33,966 nucleotides of DNA from NCBI GenBank assembly GCA_036476995.1, contig JAZGCO010000012.1:1-33966 (forward strand), written 5' to 3'. Each line of letters opens with the position of its first letter. Within the stretch, counting starts at the first letter, position 1. This DNA is from Gemmatimonadota bacterium. Its GTDB lineage: Bacteria > Gemmatimonadota > Gemmatimonadetes > Palauibacterales > Palauibacteraceae. The translations under genes and the position numbers were made by a program. This document shows, piece by piece, positions 16,438 to 25,042 of this stretch. The notes under the pieces are model-generated. The model worked only from the letters and a program-made list of their open reading frames with translations. It ran no database searches and had not been told where the DNA came from.

Positions 16438-17994
16438 GTGACCATCGAGAAACACACCCAGGAGCGTTGGGGATCACGGATTGGCCTGATCCTGGCCATG
16501 GCAGGCAACGCCGTGGGTCTCGGCAACTTCCTCCGCTTTCCAGTTCAGGCCGCCCAAAACGGCGGCGGTACCTTCATGATCCCGTATTTCATCTCCTTCC
16601 TCGTCCTGGGCATTCCGCTCATGTGGATCGAGTGGGGGATCGGCCGCTTCGGGGGAACCCGCGGCCACGGTACGATCCCGGGCATGTTCGACGCCCTCAC
16701 GGACGGGAAGAAGAAGTGGGCCAAGTACGTCGGCGTGCTCGGACTGGTAATGCCGCTGGTCATCTTCATCTACTACACATACATCGTGTCGTGGATGCTC
16801 GGATTCAGCTTCTTCAGCATCACGGGCGGCTATTTCGGACTGGAGAGTGTGGAGGGGATGCGCGGATTCCTGGGCTCCTATCAGGACATCTTCGATTCCA
16901 GCGTGCACGGCCCCGCCATTACGATAGGCTTCTTCCTGGTCACGATCGCGTTTCTCGGCTGGGTGCTTTCGAAGGGCATCAGCGGCGGGATCGAGAAGTT
17001 GGCCCTGATCGGAATGCCGATCTTATTTCTGTTTGCCTTCGTGCTTCTGTGGCGTGTTCTGACGCTCCCCGAGGCGCTTGCAGCACCTGTAGACGGCCTG
17101 AACTTCATCTGGAATCCGGAGTGGAGTAGCCTGAGCGATCCGGGTGTGTGGCTCGCCGCGGCAGGTCAGATGTTCTTTACGCTCTCGCTCGGGGTGGGGT
17201 CTATTCACACCTACGCATCCTATCTGCGAGAAAAGGACGACGTCACGCTGACCGGACTGTCCACCGCAGCCACCAACGAGTTTGCCGAGATTGTCCTTGG
17301 CGGCACCATCGCCATTCCGGCCGCCGTGGTCTTCTTCGGCGTGTCCGGAGCGCAGGAAATAGCGGCCGGTGGAACATTTGATCTGGGTGTGGTCGCGATG
17401 GGCGTCGTGTTCCAGGGCCTCCCGGGGCCTGAATATGGAGCGAGAATCTTTTCTTTCCTGTGGTTCTTCCTGTTATTTATCGCGGGAATTACGTCCTCTG
17501 TGGCCCTGGCGAGTCCGTCGATCGCGTTTCTGCAAGAGGAGTACAACTTCGACCGCAAGAAGTCGGTACGGACGATCATGGCCGTGGCCTTCGTGTTCGG
17601 CGTTATGAACATGGCGTTCTACCGGCACGGCTTCCTCGGTGAGTGGGACTACTGGGTCGGCACCTTCGGGCTGGTGATCTTCGCCGCCGTCGAAATCGTC
17701 CTGTTTTCCTTCATCTTCGGAATCGACCGAGGCTGGGACGAGATGCACAAGAGCGCAGATCTGCAGATACCACGCATCTTCAAGCCGATCATGCACTGGG
17801 TCACGCCGCTATTCCTGTTCGTGCTCCTGCTCTGGTGGGGGATCGACCAGGCGCTTCCGGTGTTGCTGATGGATGGAAAACCGCCGGAGGACATCCCGTA
17901 TCTCTGGCTCAGCCGAGGCATGATGGTGCTGCTGACCGTTGTTGGCCTCGTGCTGATCAAGAAAGCGTGGGCCCGAAAGGCGCCGGTCGCTTGA
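16438..17994 (+). CDS. Sodium-dependent transporter, NSS (neurotransmitter:sodium symporter / LeuT-like) family
   Basis: 518 aa with ~12 TM helices. The NSS TM1 signature is RWGSRIGLILAMAGNAVGLGNFLRFP. A strong SD is present. Confidence 0.9.
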   Translation: MTIEKHTQERWGSRIGLILAMAGNAVGLGNFLRFPVQAAQNGGGTFMIPYFISFLVLGIPLMWIEWGIGRFGGTRGHGTIPGMFDALTDGKKKWAKYVGVLGLVMPLVIFIYYTYIVSWMLGFSFFSITGGYFGLESVEGMRGFLGSYQDIFDSSVHGPAITIGFFLVTIAFLGWVLSKGISGGIEKLALIGMPILFLFAFVLLWRVLTLPEALAAPVDGLNFIWNPEWSSLSDPGVWLAAAGQMFFTLSLGVGSIHTYASYLREKDDVTLTGLSTAATNEFAEIVLGGTIAIPAAVVFFGVSGAQEIAAGGTFDLGVVAMGVVFQGLPGPEYGARIFSFLWFFLLFIAGITSSVALASPSIAFLQEEYNFDRKKSVRTIMAVAFVFGVMNMAFYRHGFLGEWDYWVGTFGLVIFAAVEIVLFSFIFGIDRGWDEMHKSADLQIPRIFKPIMHWVTPLFLFVLLLWWGIDQALPVLLMDGKPPEDIPYLWLSRGMMVLLTVVGLVLIKKAWARKAPVA

Positions 17995-18025
17995 GCGGCC
18001 GGCCTGCCAGGCAGGAGGAGACGAA

Positions 18026-18160
18026 ATGACAGATTTCGCGTTGGGATTCATGCTGGTCAGTATTCTCAGCGTCACAGTGCTGGTCGTGTATTGCTATTAC
18101 CGAATTCTCAAACCGGGTTCGTCCGACACCGAAACGGAGAATGCCGATCCAGGAGCCTGA
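18026..18160 (+). CDS. 44-aa single-pass membrane micro-protein downstream of the NSS transporter (candidate small transporter subunit)
   Basis: AGGAGGAG lies 7 nt upstream of the ATG. The product is MTDFALGFMLVSILSVTVLVVYCYYRILKPGSSDTETENADPGA, one hydrophobic helix plus a charged tail. It overlaps the next gene's start by ~20 nt. Coordinates are +/-1 because my reading near 18000 is off by one relative to the ORF track. Confidence 0.45.
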   Translation: MTDFALGFMLVSILSVTVLVVYCYYRILKPGSSDTETENADPGA

Positions 18161-19145
18161 TCTCCGCCGGCAGGAAGGACTACACCGAATTCGGCTGGAG
18201 CTTCTCGCCAGCCGACATGTTGTTCTCACCACGCATCTGAACGCGGACGGCGACGGCGCCGGAAGCGAGGCAGCGGTCGCGCACTATCTGCGCCGCAACG
18301 GCATCGCTTCTACCATCATCAACCCGACTCCCTTCCCGGAGAGTTTCCGGTTTCTTCTGGGGAAGACCGAGGCCTGGACGCCGGCAGACGATGAAGGTCG
18401 GAGCGCCCTCGGTGACGCCGACAAGGTGCTCATCTTGGACACGGCGGAGCCGGCCAGGATTGGCGCCGTGATGGGGCACCTGGAGGGCAAGCACCTCCTC
18501 GTCCTCGACCACCATCCTCCTGTCGGCCCCGACTTCGGTGATCCTGCGGTGCGCGACGCGCGGGCCTGCGCGACGGGAGAACTCGTCTACGATCTCATAA
18601 CCGCCGATGGCGGTGGCGTGACCGAGCAGGAGGCGGCGGGGATCTACGTGGCGATCGTCACGGACACTGGATCGTTCCGCTTCTCCAACACATCCCCCCG
18701 GGCGCTCGAGATCTGCGCCGAGCTGCTCCGGCAGGGCGTAGACCCGGAGGACATGTTCAGACGCCTGTTTGGCCAGGGAAGCCGGGCGGGACTGGCGATC
18801 CTCCAGCGGGCACTGGCCTCTCTCCAGGTGGACGCGGAGCATCCGATCGCCTGGATTCGTTTGACCCACCAGGATCTCGTCGAGTCCGGCGCCAGTTCCG
18901 AAGACCTAGAGGGTATAGTGGACATTCCGCGGCAACTGGCGGGCATCGAGGTAGCCGTGTTCCTCAGAGAGCTGCCGGACGGAAAGACCAAGGCCTCCCT
19001 GCGCTCGAACGGACAGGTCAGCGTCGCCGCCGTGGCCCGGGACCTGGGCGGGGGCGGGCACGAAAAAGCGGCCGGCGTTCTTCTCTCCTGCGGCCTGGAC
19101 GAGGCCGAGCAGCAGGTGTTGGCTCTCCTGAGAGCCGCTCTTTGA
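18141..19145 (+). CDS. Second DHH/DHHA1-family phosphoesterase (NrnA-like)
   Basis: ..LTTHLNADGDGAGSEAA.., ..LVLDHHPP.. and a DHHA1 region ..GGGGHEKAAG... Confidence 0.8.
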   Translation: MPIQEPDLRRQEGLHRIRLELLASRHVVLTTHLNADGDGAGSEAAVAHYLRRNGIASTIINPTPFPESFRFLLGKTEAWTPADDEGRSALGDADKVLILDTAEPARIGAVMGHLEGKHLLVLDHHPPVGPDFGDPAVRDARACATGELVYDLITADGGGVTEQEAAGIYVAIVTDTGSFRFSNTSPRALEICAELLRQGVDPEDMFRRLFGQGSRAGLAILQRALASLQVDAEHPIAWIRLTHQDLVESGASSEDLEGIVDIPRQLAGIEVAVFLRELPDGKTKASLRSNGQVSVAAVARDLGGGGHEKAAGVLLSCGLDEAEQQVLALLRAAL

Positions 19146-19254
19146 CGACCCCTGTACCCACAGCGGAATCCCTCATAGATTTGTTCGTCCAGCCCGTCCA
19201 CACGCCGCCTCACAGCGGCGCCTGATCCGCATACTCTCGTTTCGCGAGGATGGA

Positions 19255-19653
19255 ATGGACGCACCAGGCCCTGAGCTCGAAACCGACGTCGTGCATAAGC
19301 TGCGCGAACTCGGCCGCGCCGTCTCGCCGATAGAGATTTCCGATCTGTGGATTTTCCCGCCGCTCGCTAATCTGGCATCTTCGACGGAGTTCTTTCTGTT
19401 CACCCGGTTCCTGTCTGCCGACACGCGGCGCCTGTGCTCGGCACGGATCGAAGTGGGGAACGGGCACGCTCAGCCGTCGGTTGAAGAGGTAACGGAATTT
19501 GGTGTCGTCCCGAATAGCCGCCTGGAGCGGCTGATAGAAGGGTTCAAGCGACGCCTCGGAGAAGAGCGCGAGCCCGTGTATTACCAGCTCGATGGCTGTC
19601 CACAGATGTGGGATCGCCTCGTGTCGCTGGAGACTGCGCCGGCCCCAGGGTAG
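19255..19653 (+). CDS. Hypothetical protein (132 aa)
   Basis: Third-position GC is ~70% on the plus strand. The stop lies 10 nt before the TTG start of ccdA. The overlapping minus-strand ORF 19210..19680 is judged to be a shadow ORF. No domain recognised. Confidence 0.35.
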   Translation: MDAPGPELETDVVHKLRELGRAVSPIEISDLWIFPPLANLASSTEFFLFTRFLSADTRRLCSARIEVGNGHAQPSVEEVTEFGVVPNSRLERLIEGFKRRLGEEREPVYYQLDGCPQMWDRLVSLETAPAPG

Positions 19654-19662
19654 GAGAATTGT

Positions 19663-20403
19663 TTGGAAGGCTTCGAACACATCGGCTTTACCGTCGCGCT
19701 GTTAGCCGGGACCCTCTCGTTCCTCTCACCCTGCGTGCTTCCACTCGTCCCATCGTACCTCTCGTTCGTGACTGGTATCGGTGCCGAGGAGCTGGAACGT
19801 GGGGGAGCTGCGGTGCGGCGGACCTCCTTCATCCATTCCATGTTCTTCGTACTGGGTTTCAGCCTGATCTTCATCGCGCTGGGGGCCGGAGCCACTCTGG
19901 TCGGCACGTTCCTGCGGCAAAACGCGATCTGGGTGTCACGAGTCGGCGGTGGGATCGTGATCCTGTTCGGGCTGTACCTTCTCGGGCTTCGGCCCGGGCT
20001 GTTTCTGGCCCGAGAGCGCCGGTTCCATCTTCGGGACAAACCGGTCGGATACCTGGGTACCACGCTAGTCGGAATCACCTTCGGCGCCGGCTGGACTCCG
20101 TGCATAGGCCCCATTCTGGGCGGGATTATGACCCTCGCCGCGAGTACTGGGACCGTGTATCAGGGCGTGTTGCTTCTGACTTTCTATTCGGCAGGTCTGG
20201 CCATCCCGTTCCTGCTCGCTTCGCTGGCCTTCTCCTGGTTTCTCAGTACCTTTTCGCGTTTCAAGCGATTCATCCCGTGGGTCGAGAGAGCCAGCGGCGC
20301 ACTACTGGTTCTGGTCGGAGGCTTGCTTCTTACCGGGCGGTTTACTCAGCTGGCGGTCTGGGCGGCGCGCTTCACGCCCGAGTTCATCTTCGACCGCATC
20401 TGA
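19663..20403 (+). CDS. ccdA: Cytochrome c-type biogenesis / thiol:disulfide interchange membrane protein CcdA (DsbD family)
   Basis: Six TM helices. The two conserved Cys are in LSPCVLPLVP and GWTPCIGPILG. Confidence 0.85.
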   Translation: MEGFEHIGFTVALLAGTLSFLSPCVLPLVPSYLSFVTGIGAEELERGGAAVRRTSFIHSMFFVLGFSLIFIALGAGATLVGTFLRQNAIWVSRVGGGIVILFGLYLLGLRPGLFLARERRFHLRDKPVGYLGTTLVGITFGAGWTPCIGPILGGIMTLAASTGTVYQGVLLLTFYSAGLAIPFLLASLAFSWFLSTFSRFKRFIPWVERASGALLVLVGGLLLTGRFTQLAVWAARFTPEFIFDRI

Positions 20404-20432
20404 GCCGTTCTGCGATTGGGCCGGCAGATTCC

Positions 20433-22190
20433 CTAGACTGGAGCCTGGGCGATTTCCTCGACTAGTAACTGCCGTTCCAGCAGTCGTGCATACACACCAC
20501 GGCGCGCCAGCAGCTGCGCGTGCGTGCCCTCCTCAACGATCTGCCCCTCCTCGAGGACCAGAATCCGATCCGCGCCAGAGACGGCCGATACGCGGTGTGA
20601 GACGATCACCGACGTACGTCCGCGCATGAACCTCCGCAGTCCGCCCAGTATGGCCTCCTCGGTCACCGTATCAACGGCGGACAGCGAGTCGTCCAGGATC
20701 AGCACCGGCGTGTCGCGGTACAGCGCCCGGGCCAGCGTGGCGCGCTGCTTTTGACCTCCGGACAGGTTGATGCCCCGCTCTCCAAGGCGAGTCTTGATCC
20801 CGTCCGGCAGGATATCCAGGGTCTCGACTAGCTGCGCGATTTCAAGAGCCGTCTCGAGCCTCTGTTCCTGGACTGAAAACTCGTTTCCGTTTCGGAGGGT
20901 CAGGTTGCTATCCAGCCGTTCGCTGAACAGAAACGGTTCCTGCGGCACCACGGAGACCGCGTTCCTCAGCGCTTCAAGTCGCAGCTCCCTGACATCCACG
21001 CCGTCGATTCGCACCGAACCTTCCGTGGCGTCATAGAGACGCGGGATAAGCCGAGTCAGCGTTGTCTTACCGCTTGCCGTCGACCCCACGATGGCGACCG
21101 TCTCACCTGGTTCGATGCGGAACGAAATGTGCCGGAGAATCCAGCGTTCCGTTCCGGGATAACGGAATGACACATCGCGGAACTCGATTTCTCCCCGGAA
21201 CCGCTCCAGAACGACCGCCTCAGGGAGATCCACTATCTGCGGCGGCTCGGAAAGCAGCGCATTGATTCGGGCCATCGATGCCGACCCACGCTGGAACAGG
21301 TTGGTGACCCAGCCGAGCGCGATCATGGGCCACATGAGCAATGTCAGGTAGAACCCGAAGGCCACGAACTCACCGAGCGTGATCGCGCCCGCGATCACCT
21401 GCCGTCCACCCACCCACAGAACAATGATCGAAGCCACCCCGCCCAACAGATGCAAAACAGGGAAAAATGCCCCCCATACGCGGGCCAGGGCCATGTTTCG
21501 GCCCAAGTATTCCCGGTTCAGGGTTCCAAACTTGCCCACGTGATCTGATTCCCTGGCGTAGGCTTTCACGATGCGTATGCCGGCCAGGTTCTGCTGCGCG
21601 AAATTCGACAGCTCCGAAAACTGGCTCTGGATGCGCTCAAAGCGCGTGTGAATTCGGCTTCCGAACTGGACCATGGCCACCGGTAGGAGAACCATGGGAA
21701 TCATGGCGAACACCGTGAGGCGCAGGTCTATCCAGACCATCAGGCTCAGCGCCAGAATCGACACTGTGAATGTGTTCACGAGGTACATGATTGCCGGACC
21801 AGCTACCTGCCTGACGGCCAGAATGTCGTTAGTGGACCGGCTCATCAGATCGCCCGTACGCCACCGGTTGTAGAACTCAGGCGACAGCCTCAGCAGATGG
21901 CTGAACACGCTGTTGCGAAGATCCGCCTCGATTCGCCGGCTGATCCCATTCATCAGCTCGCGCATGCCGTACCTGGTCACGCCGGCCAGCAGCGCCACGC
22001 CGACGAGAAGCTGGGCGTACCGGACGATGGCTTCCCGCGTTACTTCCTCCCTCAGTCCATCGATCGCCAGCTTCAGGATGTAGGGTCCGGCGATCGTGAA
22101 GAAATTGCTGATGACCACGAGCAGCAGGCCGAACGCCAGCCCGCGGAGGTAGGGGCGAAAATAGGGACGTAGTGAGAGAAGCTCTTTCAT
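20433..22190 (-). CDS. ABC transporter, fused permease/ATPase exporter (MsbA/multidrug-like type I exporter)
   Basis: An N-terminal six-TM domain. The NBD has Walker A GSTASGKTT, the LSGGQKQR signature and Walker B VLILDD. The start is placed at the internal Met MKELLSLRPYF, because the longer track ORF would overlap the divergent lipoprotein gene. Confidence 0.85.
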   Translation of the reverse strand: MKELLSLRPYFRPYLRGLAFGLLLVVISNFFTIAGPYILKLAIDGLREEVTREAIVRYAQLLVGVALLAGVTRYGMRELMNGISRRIEADLRNSVFSHLLRLSPEFYNRWRTGDLMSRSTNDILAVRQVAGPAIMYLVNTFTVSILALSLMVWIDLRLTVFAMIPMVLLPVAMVQFGSRIHTRFERIQSQFSELSNFAQQNLAGIRIVKAYARESDHVGKFGTLNREYLGRNMALARVWGAFFPVLHLLGGVASIIVLWVGGRQVIAGAITLGEFVAFGFYLTLLMWPMIALGWVTNLFQRGSASMARINALLSEPPQIVDLPEAVVLERFRGEIEFRDVSFRYPGTERWILRHISFRIEPGETVAIVGSTASGKTTLTRLIPRLYDATEGSVRIDGVDVRELRLEALRNAVSVVPQEPFLFSERLDSNLTLRNGNEFSVQEQRLETALEIAQLVETLDILPDGIKTRLGERGINLSGGQKQRATLARALYRDTPVLILDDSLSAVDTVTEEAILGGLRRFMRGRTSVIVSHRVSAVSGADRILVLEEGQIVEEGTHAQLLARRGVYARLLERQLLVEEIAQAPV

Positions 22191-22318
22191 CAGGACTCTG
22201 TTGGGGACGGCTACCGGCTCCACCCTGCCTTTGTGTATACTGATTATCGGGGCGCAAGGTACCATACTTGCATCGCCGCATCGAGTGCAGTGCAAACAAC
22301 GAACTCGAACGATGGAAC

Positions 22319-23143
22319 ATGACGATGAGACAGGTCAGACGCTGGAGTTTACCTCTTGTGCTCGCGCTGGTGATGGTCGGCGCATCATGCAGCGGGGACA
22401 GCATGGACGATGCTCAGGACGCAGTGGATCGGGAGCTGGAACTTGCCATGGCGGGGGATTCCGCCGCGGAGCTCAATGACGCAGCTACAGAGACCGAAGC
22501 AGCCCCGGATCCGGCCCCCGAGCCGGCGCCCACCCCGGCGCCCCGGCGGACCGCTCCGAGGGCCGCTCCTCCGCCAGCCCCGGAGCCCGAGCCGGCCGGT
22601 CCGACCTACGAAGAGCTGGTGGTCGCCAGTGGTACGGCGATCAGCTCTACCCTGGACCAGGAACTGAGCACGAAGAACAACCAGGTCGGCGACGTGTTTA
22701 CGGCGACTGTGACCACGGCGGTCACGGACGGACGGCGGGTGCTGATTCCGGCGGGCGCTAAGATCCGCGGCGAGATCACGGCCGTTCAGGTGTCCGGAAG
22801 CTCCGGCGAGGCGGCCGTCCTCAATGTGGCGTTCGACGAGATCTCGTTCGACGGGATGACGTATCCGCTGGATGCCACGATCACACGCGTCGAGCCCACG
22901 ACCGAAGGGCGCTCGTCCACAGGCGGAAAAGCCGCCAAGATCGGCGGCGGGGCCGTCGTGGGAGGCATTCTCGGACGCGTCATTGGCGGGAATAAGACCG
23001 GAACGATCATCGGAGCCGTAATCGGCGGTGCGGCGGGTACGGCGATAGCTTTGGGTAATGAGGACGTGGACGCTGTTCTGGCCCAGGGCTCGCCGATGGA
23101 TATCGAGACCAACGGTGTTCTGGTGATCCGGCGGGAGCTTTAG
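22319..23143 (+). CDS. Putative lipoprotein with Pro/Ala-rich linker and C-terminal glycine-zipper domain
   Basis: Signal peptide MTMRQVRRWSLPLVLALVMVGASC with a lipobox-like GASC. A low-complexity stretch APDPAPEPAPTPAP... The C-terminus has GGAVVGGILGRVIGGNKTGTIIGAVIGGAAGTAIALG, a GxxxG-repeat glycine zipper. Confidence 0.55.
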   Translation: MTMRQVRRWSLPLVLALVMVGASCSGDSMDDAQDAVDRELELAMAGDSAAELNDAATETEAAPDPAPEPAPTPAPRRTAPRAAPPPAPEPEPAGPTYEELVVASGTAISSTLDQELSTKNNQVGDVFTATVTTAVTDGRRVLIPAGAKIRGEITAVQVSGSSGEAAVLNVAFDEISFDGMTYPLDATITRVEPTTEGRSSTGGKAAKIGGGAVVGGILGRVIGGNKTGTIIGAVIGGAAGTAIALGNEDVDAVLAQGSPMDIETNGVLVIRREL

Positions 23144-23174
23144 CTCACGACGGCTTTAGCACCAGAGCGCAGTC

Positions 23175-23201
23175 GGGGGAGCCGGCACGTCCGGCTCCCC
23201 C
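23175..23201. terminator. Perfect 11-bp GC-rich hairpin (GGGGGAGCCGG-cacgt-CCGGCTCCCCC) between the convergent lipoprotein and GGT genes; candidate bidirectional terminator
   Basis: Read directly from the sequence. It is followed by TTCC on the plus strand. The U-tract is weak, so this may be a stability hairpin or a factor-dependent terminator. Confidence 0.5.
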
Positions 23202-23204
23202 TTC

Positions 23205-25025
23205 CTAGTAGCCCAGAGCTTTGCCATCGCGCCGCCGGTCCGCCGCTCCCACCAGGGTTCCATCCGGCCGCACATGAATCGTCATCACGTCACCGGAGAT
23301 GCCGTCCCGTTCCCGCACGTTATGTCCGCGGGACCTGAGCGCCCGGACGACATCGTCGGATAATCCCCCCCGCTCGTACCGGATCAGGTCCGGTAGGTTC
23401 TGGTGGTGGAAGCGCGGACTGTCCACGGACTCAGTCGGCGACAGCCTGAAATCGATGTGGTTGGTTACGATCTGAAACACGGTGCTGATGATAGTGCCGC
23501 CGCCGGGGGTGCCGGTTATCAGCTCGGTACGCCCGTCCGGCGCAATGACGATCGTCGGCGTCATCGCCGACAACATTCTCTTGCCCGGTTCAATCGCGTT
23601 CGCGGAGCCCTGAACGAGCCCGTAGACGTTCGGAACTCCGGGCTTCGCGGTGAAGTCGTCCATCTCGTTGTTAAGCAGGAAGCCAGCGCCACGGACAACT
23701 ACCTTCGATCCGTAGCCGCCGTTGAGGGTGGTCGTGACTGCGATAGCGTTGCCGGCCGAATCTACCACCGAGAAATGGGTAGTCTGAGTAGACTCGAGCG
23801 GCACCTTGTTGAACTCCTCCGACAGGGAGGCGTGCCCGGGATCAATCGTGTTCCGGAGCGAATCCGCGTACGCCTGCGACAGTAGTAGATCGATTGGAAC
23901 CTCTACGAAGTCGGTATCTCCCAGGTAGTAGTTCCGATCGGCATAGGCGCGCCTCATGGCTTCGACGGCGAGGTGGATCGCTTCCGCGGAGTGCCACTCG
24001 TGAGACCCGAGGTCGAACCCTTCCACGATGTTCAGCAGTTCACCGAGCGTGATCCCGCCGGAGGACGAGGGCGGCATGGAGATGACCTGGTAGCCCCGGT
24101 AGTCCACCTCCACGGGATTTCGCCATACCGGTTGATAATCGGCCAGGTCTTCGTGGCTGATGAGTCCGCCGCCCCGCTTCATCTCCGCCACGAGTGAATC
24201 CGCGATCCAGCCTGTGTAGAATCCGGCCGGACCGTTCTCGGCGATGGCTCTGAGCGAGCGGGCAAGGTCCGGCTGCCGCAGCGTATCGCCCACCTGCGGC
24301 GCAGATCCGTTGGGCAGGAAGACGGCGGCCGTAGAGGGGAAACGGCGCAGCCTGGTCTCATAACTGGCCAGGGAACGAGCATGCTGTCCCGCGATCTCGA
24401 AGCCACGTGCCAGTCGAATGGCCGGATCCAGCAAGTCAGCCCAGGGAAGCGTGCCGTGACGCTCCCAGGCCGCGTACATGCCGGCCACCGACCCTGGAAC
24501 GCCGGCGGCGCGGTGTCCGACTAGACTGGCCTCGGTGACCTTCCCGTCTTCGTCGAGATACATATCACGGGAAGCCCCACCGGGGGCCTTCTCCCGGAAG
24601 TCCAGCGCGAAACGCGTATCGTCGGCAAGGCGGGCCAACCAGAACCCACCGCCGCCTATGTTGCCGGCGGAAGGCTGAACCACGGCCAGCGCGAACTGGA
24701 CCACGATCGCAGCGTCTACGGCGTTGCCGCCGGCCTTGAGAGTGGCCAGGCCCGCCGCGCTGGCCAGAGAATCTGTGGACACCACCATACCGCGGCGGCC
24801 CAGGGCAGGCGCTCGGCCGGCCGGGTAGCGCCAAGTCGCGGGAAAGGAGACGCCGGCTTGGCCGACTGCGGCGGCCGGATCGAGGGCCGCAGGACCCATT
24901 CCGGCTCCCGCGCCGCAGGCCCAGGCGAACAGGGCGGCGAGGGCGAAAATAGCTCCGCGATGACCCGATCCAGACCGCACCTGCACCCCGTGATTCACAC
25001 GCTGTCGATGCCTCAGAGCCGTCAT
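23205..25025 (-). CDS. ggt: Gamma-glutamyltranspeptidase (GGT), secreted
   Basis: 606 aa with a signal peptide and an AWA|C cleavage-type site. Motifs ..AGNIGGGGFWL.. and catalytic Thr TTHFSVVD. A C-terminal small-subunit GG motif ..GTPGGGTII.. is present. The start may be a downstream GTG (see rejected/notes). Confidence 0.85.
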   Translation of the reverse strand: MTALRHRQRVNHGVQVRSGSGHRGAIFALAALFAWACGAGAGMGPAALDPAAAVGQAGVSFPATWRYPAGRAPALGRRGMVVSTDSLASAAGLATLKAGGNAVDAAIVVQFALAVVQPSAGNIGGGGFWLARLADDTRFALDFREKAPGGASRDMYLDEDGKVTEASLVGHRAAGVPGSVAGMYAAWERHGTLPWADLLDPAIRLARGFEIAGQHARSLASYETRLRRFPSTAAVFLPNGSAPQVGDTLRQPDLARSLRAIAENGPAGFYTGWIADSLVAEMKRGGGLISHEDLADYQPVWRNPVEVDYRGYQVISMPPSSSGGITLGELLNIVEGFDLGSHEWHSAEAIHLAVEAMRRAYADRNYYLGDTDFVEVPIDLLLSQAYADSLRNTIDPGHASLSEEFNKVPLESTQTTHFSVVDSAGNAIAVTTTLNGGYGSKVVVRGAGFLLNNEMDDFTAKPGVPNVYGLVQGSANAIEPGKRMLSAMTPTIVIAPDGRTELITGTPGGGTIISTVFQIVTNHIDFRLSPTESVDSPRFHHQNLPDLIRYERGGLSDDVVRALRSRGHNVRERDGISGDVMTIHVRPDGTLVGAADRRRDGKALGY

Positions 25026-25042
25026 TAGGTTACCCGTCCCAT

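Noticed and set aside
17990-18160. One-nucleotide inconsistency between my hand count of the printed sequence and the ORF-track coordinates just after position 18000
   Set aside because: Probably my own reading error around ...agcggcc/gcctgcc.... Track coordinates were trusted. The micro-ORF 18026..18160 may be off by one, but its reading frame is unaffected.
19210-19680. 156-aa minus-strand ORF competing with the plus-strand hypothetical 19255..19653
   Set aside because: The plus-strand frame has ~70% GC at third positions and is positioned 10 nt upstream of ccdA on the same strand. The minus-strand frame is therefore considered the shadow, although neither has a recognisable domain.
22440-22620. 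Repetitive CCG/GCC/CCC-rich nucleotide stretch that looked like a possible repeat array
   Set aside because: It is in frame within the lipoprotein gene and encodes a Pro/Ala/Glu linker. It has no regular spacer-repeat periodicity, so it is not a CRISPR array or tandem DNA repeat element.
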